From: a virus
Lineage: Duplodnaviria > Caudoviricetes
IMG/VR virus record: IMGVR_UViG_3300012662_000198
Coordinates: 1 to 64,000 of that record
Direction: 5' to 3' (one strand)
DNA length: 64,000 bases
The notes below the pieces were generated by a model. The model was not told the origin of the DNA. It worked only from the letters and a program-made list of their open reading frames with translations, and made no database searches. The position numbers were made by a program, and so were the translations under genes. Shown here piece after piece: positions 46,751-53,490 of the stretch; positions within the stretch are counted from its first letter, which is position 1; each line of letters opens with the position of its first letter.

Positions 46751-48493
46751 TTAAACAATCTTGTTAAGTCCTCCGAATCGGCGGGGGGAATACAGCATAC
46801 ATCCCCGACTCAGCAAGTCACCGACATACTCCATGTCCACTCCACGCTCATTGAACGCCTTACGAGTGTAGACAAGACGATTCATGTTCGCATGAGACAG
46901 CACCCAACGCGCCAGCTCCGCACGTTCTGAATGGTCATTGTCGGCAATCGGCTTGTTACGTAACACAGCACGTTCCAACAGGTTGCGAAGACTCTTGACC
47001 TCAAGGTAATAGTCCGACTTCAACTTGAACATGTACCCATCAGCGTCGTACACCACCACGCCTTCACGGTCGGACCAGCGGCGTTCCTCGTCCAACATGT
47101 GCCACAGGCTCTCCCGCTGTTCCTCAGTCTGGAAAACAGCCAGAACTTCGGGACGGGCAAAGAATCTATCCGTATCAATCAAATCGTCGGCATCATAGTC
47201 GATATGGAAGTCAACGGTGTTCTTGATGGCGTGCAGGAACACGAGACGTGACGTATCGTACTTGATGATATGACGGTCGGAATCTTGGTCGATTACCTCA
47301 AAAGCCAAGGTGACGTTGGCGTCATGGGCGATGTTCCACAACGCCTCCTCCTGACCAATGTCCAACGTCTGCTTGAAAAGATGTTCGATAAGATACGAAT
47401 AGTCGGTCTGACCACTCTTCGACCAGAAACGCCAAGAACCATCCTCACACGCGGACACCAAGCCGAGGAAACCGTTCTCCTTGCGTTCCACGCGCACTGG
47501 GAACTTGAGCCGCCTGTCAATGTTCTCCCGAGTGGTCTGCTCGTTCTCCCCAAGGTTGAAGAACTTCTCGAAACCTCGTGCGACAACCTTACCGTTCCTG
47601 TCAAGGAACAGTCCGCGAGCCTTGCTGGAATACTCGTCCCAACGCTGGTTTTTGAAAGCGTCACGGCTGAAATTGCAAGCGTACACGTCGTTCTCGCCCT
47701 TGACCGGACGGACGTTCACGTTATCGGAATCACGCATGAGTTCGAGCAGGTTCCTTCCATCCGTGGAAAAGTCAGCGAACCTGTCATTGGCCTTATGCGC
47801 ACCCTGTTCCAACCACTTCAAGTAACGGTCGAGAGTCCACTTCCTACCATCTCTGAGCGGAGGCGTATCCAACTGGATGACACCGGTCAAATCACGTCCC
47901 TTTGCCGGGACTGCGGTATAACCGAACTCGGCATTGTCGGGAACACGGGTCTTGTCGTTCCACAGCAATCCCACGTCCACCAGCGCAGGGTCTCCGGACG
48001 GATTCATATGGTAGGTTCCGTCAACCTTCCTTACATGGATGTTGACCCAACGGCTTTCATGGTCAAGGTTTTCATGCCAAGTCTCATACTGGGTGCGCAG
48101 ATATTCCTCCGGCACACGGTCGTTTTCCGGACGGGTCTGGTTGCGTTCCAACAGAACGTCCAACGGCGTGTTGAATGTGAAAGTCTCAACATGCGCCTTG
48201 TGGCGGACGGCAATCTGCACCTCGTCCACGCAGAAACGCGGGTTGACATGCTGGGAGTCGCTGATGACGTTCACGCCCTTGGAAAGCAGGTCGCTGATGA
48301 TGGCATGCGCCTGACGGACGAGAATCCTGTTCAACTGTGGATTCATGGTCTCATGCCATGCCTGTCGGCCTCCGGCCATCATTTCTCGTAGTCCATCCAA
48401 GCTGACGATGACGGTGTTCGCGTCAACATGCTTGCGTGCCCAAGTGCTTTTTCCGGAGCCGGGTAGTCCTCTGAGAATGGTTATGGTGCTCAA
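46751..48493 (-). CDS. Polynucleotide kinase (AAA_33) fused to a T4 Rnl1-like RNA ligase
   Basis: GLPGSGKSTW P-loop; ARGF.KFFN, KENGFLG (KxNG), FEVI, EGVVV and KLKS ligase motifs. Confidence 0.88.
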   Translation of the reverse strand: MSTITILRGLPGSGKSTWARKHVDANTVIVSLDGLREMMAGGRQAWHETMNPQLNRILVRQAHAIISDLLSKGVNVISDSQHVNPRFCVDEVQIAVRHKAHVETFTFNTPLDVLLERNQTRPENDRVPEEYLRTQYETWHENLDHESRWVNIHVRKVDGTYHMNPSGDPALVDVGLLWNDKTRVPDNAEFGYTAVPAKGRDLTGVIQLDTPPLRDGRKWTLDRYLKWLEQGAHKANDRFADFSTDGRNLLELMRDSDNVNVRPVKGENDVYACNFSRDAFKNQRWDEYSSKARGLFLDRNGKVVARGFEKFFNLGENEQTTRENIDRRLKFPVRVERKENGFLGLVSACEDGSWRFWSKSGQTDYSYLIEHLFKQTLDIGQEEALWNIAHDANVTLAFEVIDQDSDRHIIKYDTSRLVFLHAIKNTVDFHIDYDADDLIDTDRFFARPEVLAVFQTEEQRESLWHMLDEERRWSDREGVVVYDADGYMFKLKSDYYLEVKSLRNLLERAVLRNKPIADNDHSERAELARWVLSHANMNRLVYTRKAFNERGVDMEYVGDLLSRGCMLYSPRRFGGLNKIV

Positions 48494-48631
48494 TTGTCTG
48501 TCTCCTTGTTTTGTAAAGCATTTTTATGTGAACAGTTCCACTATAGGTGATGTTTGCAAGACATGCAAACCGAAAAAATTCCCGCCACCCCCCTTTTCGG
48601 GGAACGGCGGGAATCCTCTACCGAACATGCA

Positions 48632-49330
48632 TCAAGCTTCGAGGAACATACTCGTCAGTTCGGTTTCCGATACTGGATGCATATCCCACGCGTCCAACCC
48701 CACGTTAATTTCATTCCGGTTCTCGAACTCATGCGGAACGCCCGCATGGGTATGTCCGTGCAACAGGCGCATACCCCCACTCACCTGCGGTATCGCATAC
48801 TGTCTAAGTTCTGGCTTCGCCCAATTCGACGCCACCCCGTCCATTGCCGGACGTTCGAAGTCCTCGCGCCATTGGAAATGACAGAGGAACACCGTCATGG
48901 ACACTTCACCGTCCGTAATATCCGTCATACCGATACGCCCGATTTCACCGAACGCTTCGGTCAAATCCTTGAACCCTTTGCTTCTGCCATACAATACGTC
49001 ATCATGGTTGCCGAGAATCAGATGCCTGTGATTGCGAGGGCAACGTAGACTTTTGACATGCATGAGCGCCTGATGGAGACTCCAAGCGCCGCCACTGCAC
49101 AGGTCGCCCAGAATATAGAGTTCGTCGGTTTCTCCAACCGTCTCATTGATACGGTTGGTCACATCCATGTCGTGCCGATACCAGTTAACGCAATCCTTGA
49201 CCTGCATTCCCGCGTTCTTGGCCTGCTGTTTGATGGTGTTGTCGGACGTGAAACCATGCTTCGCGTACCCGCGCAATGCGGCTACGAACGGGTGGGCGAA
49301 ATGCGTGTCTGCGGTGAAATATTTGGTCAT
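48632..49330 (-). CDS. Calcineurin-like metallophosphoesterase
   Basis: ADTHF, ILGD, GNHD, HGHTH and NVG.DAW motifs. Confidence 0.88.
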   Translation of the reverse strand: MTKYFTADTHFAHPFVAALRGYAKHGFTSDNTIKQQAKNAGMQVKDCVNWYRHDMDVTNRINETVGETDELYILGDLCSGGAWSLHQALMHVKSLRCPRNHRHLILGNHDDVLYGRSKGFKDLTEAFGEIGRIGMTDITDGEVSMTVFLCHFQWREDFERPAMDGVASNWAKPELRQYAIPQVSGGMRLLHGHTHAGVPHEFENRNEINVGLDAWDMHPVSETELTSMFLEA

Positions 49331-49358
49331 CGGTTTTTCCTTTTTCGGTGATTAATGT

Positions 49359-49418
49359 TCAGACGGCGGCTGCAACTAGGGAAAGCTTGGTCCAAGCCTT
49401 GTTCCAGAACTTGTACAT
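49359..49418 (-). CDS. 19-aa micro-ORF MYKFWNKAWTKLSLVAAAV
   Basis: RBS GGAGAGG just outside the IS right end; removing the IS joins it to motif promoter 51055-51076. Confidence 0.4.
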   Translation of the reverse strand: MYKFWNKAWTKLSLVAAAV

Positions 49419-49430
49419 CCAACCCTCTCC

Positions 49431-51040
49431 TTGACTTCCTCCCCACGGCTAAAGCCGGGGGATTCCTGTCGCGTGTAAGACTTTCTCATGTTATAAGAAT
49501 CTTCCTTCACGTGTAGCAGGGGTTAGCGTTTCATCGGGGCTTGCGTCCGGCAAGGCTTTCGTCTTGACGGACGGGTGCTCCTCCACGCTTTCGGCACCGT
49601 CCATGCCGGTTGTGTGTATCGCGCGGTCGAGAATGTTCTTGGCCGCGTTAGTGTCCGCATTGTCTGTGAAACCGCAGTTGACGCAGTGGAAGACCGCTTG
49701 GCTCTCACGGTTCTCCTTGGCGACATGGCCGCAACGGTTGCAGGTCTGGGACGTGTACGCCGGGTTGACCAGTATGAGCTGGGTTCCGGCGAGACGAGTC
49801 TTGTATTCGAGTTTGTTCTGGATGTCCGCCCAACGGTTGGCGAGGATGCTACGGTTCAATCCCGCTTTGGCCGCCGAGCCGTTGCGCAGATAATATCCCG
49901 GATGGTTGGGGTCCTGTTTCGGTTTCGGCTTGCGGGTCATTTGCCGTGTGTCCAACGCTTCCAAGGCGATGAGGTCGCAGTCTTCGACCAGTCGGGTCGT
50001 GGTCTTGTTGACCCAATCGTCCTTGCGGTTGTTGATGCGACGGCGTATCGAACTCATGCGCTTCAATGTGAGTTTGCGTCGTTTCGACTGGAATTTCGCG
50101 GTTTTCCCACCACGTCGGCTGTTGGTCATGTCTTGTCGGGCGAGCTTGCGTTGCAGACGCAGATACTCTCGCCTCTCCCGTTCGGATGGTTGCGGCATGT
50201 CCAGCATGGTTCCGTTCGACAAGGCCAATGTGTGGACGCAGCCACGGTCGATACCGGTCTGCTTGCCGGTGGTATTCCGTCGGATGGGCGACGGCTCGTT
50301 GGTGAACGCCAGAGTGCGTTCCGTCCAATTCACCGCCACGCTCGTGTACTCCCTGACGGGTTGGCTGACGCGCACGTGGATGGAGAGCATCCAACGGCAT
50401 CCCGTTTCGTCCGGCTTGCGGAATTCCTTTTTCACGGTTCCGGTGATTACGACCACGCCGCGCTTGCGTGACACCTGATGGTAGACGGCGTTGCCGGTCT
50501 TGTTCTGGTTGCGCCAGCATACGAAATACTGGGGGTTGCGTTTGCGGGACTTGAACCCCGGAACACGACCGCCATTAATCTTCTTGCGCTTCAATCCGGC
50601 ATACCATTCCGAATTCTCCACGCGCATGGGACTGGCGAGAATAGCGGAGGGGATGCACGCGAGCCAAGAACACCTGATTCGAGCCTCGCTGTCCTTGAAC
50701 GGCTCCCCGACGGTCGAGCCGCCCAAGGGAACGTCCACCCACATGCGCTCACGGGATTCCACGTCCTCCATGTAGCGGCGGATTGTCCGATGCTCCCGAT
50801 GCTGGTTGAAACGGGTACGCCAACCATCGCACAGCCAGTCCATGATGCGCTCGGGATTGCGCGTCCAACAGTGGTTGCGGCATGAATCGTCGCCAAGGTA
50901 CACGGACGCGCCCGCATGCCTGACTTTGATGATTCGTACCTTATGGCTCATACTATAAGCCTTACCACGGAAACAGTGATTAATCAAAGAAGTGGCGGCT
51001 TACCCCAGTCTTAAAAGACGGGGCTTGCGCCTCCAATTCG
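49431..51040 (-). mobile_element. tnpB-only IS605/IS1341-type element, ~1.61 kb
   Basis: TTGAC target (51045-51041); left-end hairpin ccccgtctt.taagactgggg; right-end cccccggctttagccgtgggg plus TCAA. Confidence 0.88.
49491..50951 (-). CDS. tnpB: Long (486-aa) TnpB with an atypical N-terminus
   Basis: GIDRG, IALEAL and NADTNAA RuvC motifs; CNRC/CVNC zinc finger; N-terminus lacks the usual HTH_OrfB pattern. Confidence 0.88.
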   Translation of the reverse strand: MSHKVRIIKVRHAGASVYLGDDSCRNHCWTRNPERIMDWLCDGWRTRFNQHREHRTIRRYMEDVESRERMWVDVPLGGSTVGEPFKDSEARIRCSWLACIPSAILASPMRVENSEWYAGLKRKKINGGRVPGFKSRKRNPQYFVCWRNQNKTGNAVYHQVSRKRGVVVITGTVKKEFRKPDETGCRWMLSIHVRVSQPVREYTSVAVNWTERTLAFTNEPSPIRRNTTGKQTGIDRGCVHTLALSNGTMLDMPQPSERERREYLRLQRKLARQDMTNSRRGGKTAKFQSKRRKLTLKRMSSIRRRINNRKDDWVNKTTTRLVEDCDLIALEALDTRQMTRKPKPKQDPNHPGYYLRNGSAAKAGLNRSILANRWADIQNKLEYKTRLAGTQLILVNPAYTSQTCNRCGHVAKENRESQAVFHCVNCGFTDNADTNAAKNILDRAIHTTGMDGAESVEEHPSVKTKALPDASPDETLTPATREGRFL

Positions 51041-51147
51041 GTCAACTGTTTTTGTGTGAACACTTCCAGTATATCATATTTGTTCGATTATGCCAAAAGA
51101 TTGGATACTCCACCTTTCCAGCAAAGTGCCCAATCTCAGGAAACAGG

Positions 51148-51552
51148 TCAGTCAACCAGACGATTCACAAACGGGGTACCATGCCCGTCCAGCATTAGGA
51201 ATTCGAGCGGGTAGAAACGCTTCTTCCAATACTCCAACTGCTCGTCACTCAGGCTTTCGTTGTCACCGGTATTGGGATTAAATCCTGTGACCACGAATGT
51301 GTGGGAGATTAAATCCACAAGGGCGTTTTCGTCCCCTCCCTCGCAGACGTCGCCGACCACAATCGCGCGATTGAACTGCCAACGTCCGATTTTGCCCTCC
51401 TCGTTGCAGTAGAGGGTGGCATTTCCTTTGAGGTAGACCGGCTCAATATAACCGCCCACTTCATCCTGCAATGCCTTGAGGGTGTTGGGGATGGCCTTGA
51501 CCAAAGGGTGTTCCCCTGCCTTGACTACGAGGACTTCGATGGTGTCGCTCAT
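51148..51552 (-). CDS. DUF3846-family protein
   Basis: LVV..G..P....I.N.L.ALQ..VGG.IE.V......L.CNEEGK...NR. Confidence 0.75.
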   Translation of the reverse strand: MSDTIEVLVVKAGEHPLVKAIPNTLKALQDEVGGYIEPVYLKGNATLYCNEEGKIGRWQFNRAIVVGDVCEGGDENALVDLISHTFVVTGFNPNTGDNESLSDEQLEYWKKRFYPLEFLMLDGHGTPFVNRLVD

Positions 51553-51720
51553 TTTCTGCTCCTTTTCAGGGGATAGGTTTTGCAACCATTTGTTTGTGCG
51601 AACAATTCCAGTATATCACGTTTTAAATAAAAGGCAAAATCCTGCGAAACCAACAACCAACAAACGCCCACAATACCATGGAAAATACTAAAAACCTCCA
51701 CCACAAGAAAGGGACCAACC

Positions 51721-51909
51721 TTGGAAACCAAGGAATTCGAAATCTTCTGCAAAGAAGTAAAAGGCAACGAAGGCAACAAATGCCACTACCCCACACGCTT
51801 GGACACCTACGGATGCGGATGCCCGTCCAATCGAACGACTGTTGCAATCTACGACGGACAAGCATGCCGCCGTTGGGAACGGCAAATGGTGGGTTTCGCA
51901 AAACCATAA
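51721..51909 (+). pseudogene. N-terminal fragment of a radical-SAM-like protein
   Basis: GNEG.KC.YPTRLDTYGCGC, then divergence before the CxxxCxxC motif is complete. Confidence 0.5.
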
Positions 51910-51969
51910 AAGCAGAGTAAGGGAAAAAGCCCGACGATATGTGATTATCGTCGGACTTTTCTATACTTA

Positions 51970-52230
51970 TCAGCCTAAGAATGCCATTTCGTCCGCTAAC
52001 CCGTCCTCGCCTTCTTCCCTAAGCAGGTTGGCTACACCATACCGTTGGTTCCAACATCGAACGATGGTATCAGCCTTAACGTTCGGAGCACCCCAGACAG
52101 TCGGTAGGATGGAGCACTCGTCGGGCTTGTGACTGATACCGAAACGAAGACCCTCTCCGTTATGCGAATAAACCAGTTTGACGTTCTGACCACAGAACGG
52201 GCATGGAGCCAAATGGAATGTCTCACTCAC
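51970..52230 (-). CDS. Lar-family restriction-alleviation-like zinc-finger protein
   Basis: L.PCPFCG...C...WN.R pattern. Confidence 0.65.
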   Translation of the reverse strand: MSETFHLAPCPFCGQNVKLVYSHNGEGLRFGISHKPDECSILPTVWGAPNVKADTIVRCWNQRYGVANLLREEGEDGLADEMAFLG

Positions 52231-52378
52231 GGTTTTGGTTCACTTTCTTGCGATTCTCACGCCAGACCGCCACGGTATCGGTTATGAACGCTATCGCCAT
52301 GACCAGCAGAATCATTGCCAACGAAACCAGTATAACAGCTAAACTAATCGCGACCACCCAGTTCAACACAGTTTTCAT
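52223..52378 (-). CDS. Small single-TM protein
   Basis: MKTVLNWVVAISLAVILVSLAMILLVMAIAF...; coupled to the Lar-like gene. Confidence 0.5.
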   Translation of the reverse strand: MKTVLNWVVAISLAVILVSLAMILLVMAIAFITDTVAVWRENRKKVNQNRE

Positions 52379-52449
52379 ATTGCGCTCAACCCGTAGCCGA
52401 TGTTGGAGTGCAACTCGCCGTTCAGGCTGGGGTGTCCACCGGCCTGTAG

Positions 52450-52513
52450 TTGACGTCCTCCCGGCGTTGAAACACCGGGATTCCAACATGTTCTCGTGGT
52501 GAACCACGAGAAC
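52450..52513 (-). mobile_element. IS605 right-end remnant plus an 11-bp fold-back of the interrupted gene
   Basis: Reverse complement ggaatcccggtgtttcaacgccgggaggacgTCAA; gttctcgtggt-ga-accacgagaac palindrome. Confidence 0.7.
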
Positions 52514-52686
52514 GTGGTCTTGCTGTAAGCTTTGTTATATAAGGACTTCTTCGGCTGAGTGACCGCACCCTTGCCCTTGCTCCCATAGGCGGGCGTCACC
52601 GCCTTTTTGACCGCGCGTGCGGCACGGCTTTTGGTTTTCATGGAAATGGAACGACGTATCGACGGTTTTCTTGCTCCGAACTTCAA
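52498..52686 (-). pseudogene. Small basic conserved MGE protein (MKFG.RKPS...KTTFS family), 3' end replaced
   Basis: MKFGARKPSIRRSIS...KKAVTP.YG.KG.G....PKKS.YNK.Y.KTTFSW, running into the fold-back. Confidence 0.6.
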
Positions 52687-52695
52687 GGCATCCTC

Positions 52696-53295
52696 CTAGA
52701 TTGTTTTGTTTGCCTGAAGTCTCTTGGCCCGCACCTCCTCGGGAGTGCCGAAGCGCTTGTGATAGCACTCCCGAGAGCAGATGTCGTATCCTCTCATGCC
52801 GGAATAGTATGGGTATTCCCTGCCGCACTCCAAGCATGTTATGGTGGCCTCGGCCATCATGGCTTTGGCGAACGCGACACCTTCCGGCGTCCCGGTGGCG
52901 ATGTATTTCCCGCCGCGTTCCACGTAGGTAACGCAACCGTAGTGGCGCAGTCTTTCCATGCTGGCCTTGGCCGTGGGGTCGGACATGTAGTTCCATCCGT
53001 ATCCCCTGCGCGAGATTTCCTCAAGGATGTCGAACATGTCGTAGCGCAGATATTTCTTTTCGAGCCTGTACTGTCCGACGTGCGTTTCGATGAACTCGTG
53101 TATGCCGTCCATGTCCGGGATGAACCAGTCTCCGATGTTGGAGTAGTGTTCGATTCTCCCATATCCCTTGCGGGACAAGGCTGTAAGGATTTCCTTGGTC
53201 TGGTCCAATACGATTCGGCTGTTGTCTCCCGGCTGGCCGTGGAACGAGTCGATGAACTCCAAAAGACTGTATTCGTCTGCTGTCGGGGTTCTCAT
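52696..53295 (-). CDS. Hypothetical protein with C-terminal CxxC...C..C zinc finger
   Basis: RBS aaggag; downstream of motif promoter 53327-53348. Confidence 0.7.
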   Translation of the reverse strand: MRTPTADEYSLLEFIDSFHGQPGDNSRIVLDQTKEILTALSRKGYGRIEHYSNIGDWFIPDMDGIHEFIETHVGQYRLEKKYLRYDMFDILEEISRRGYGWNYMSDPTAKASMERLRHYGCVTYVERGGKYIATGTPEGVAFAKAMMAEATITCLECGREYPYYSGMRGYDICSRECYHKRFGTPEEVRAKRLQANKTI

Positions 53296-53394
53296 GTTAT
53301 CTCCTTTTTCGACAGTGGTATCTTCATGTGAACAAAGCCAGTATAGCATAGTGTTTATGGTTTGGGCAAACCGCAAATGTAGCCAAAACCACAA

Positions 53395-53428
53395 TTAAGC
53401 GACACTTAAGACGATAAGTGTCGCTTAA
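53395..53428. repeat. 14-bp perfect inverted repeat upstream of a motif promoter
   Basis: ttaagcgacactta-agacga-taagtgtcgcttaa. Confidence 0.8.
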
Positions 53429-53429
53429 C

Positions 53430-53477
53430 AAAAAAGAAGCCCCGGCAATCCCCCGAAAAGAAAACTGCCGGGGCTTC
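53430..53477 (-). terminator. Terminator of the CAP-domain gene
   Basis: gaagccccggca/tgccggggcttc stem with an A-run on + (T-run on -). Confidence 0.7.
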
Positions 53478-53490
53478 CACTCAAATACAA

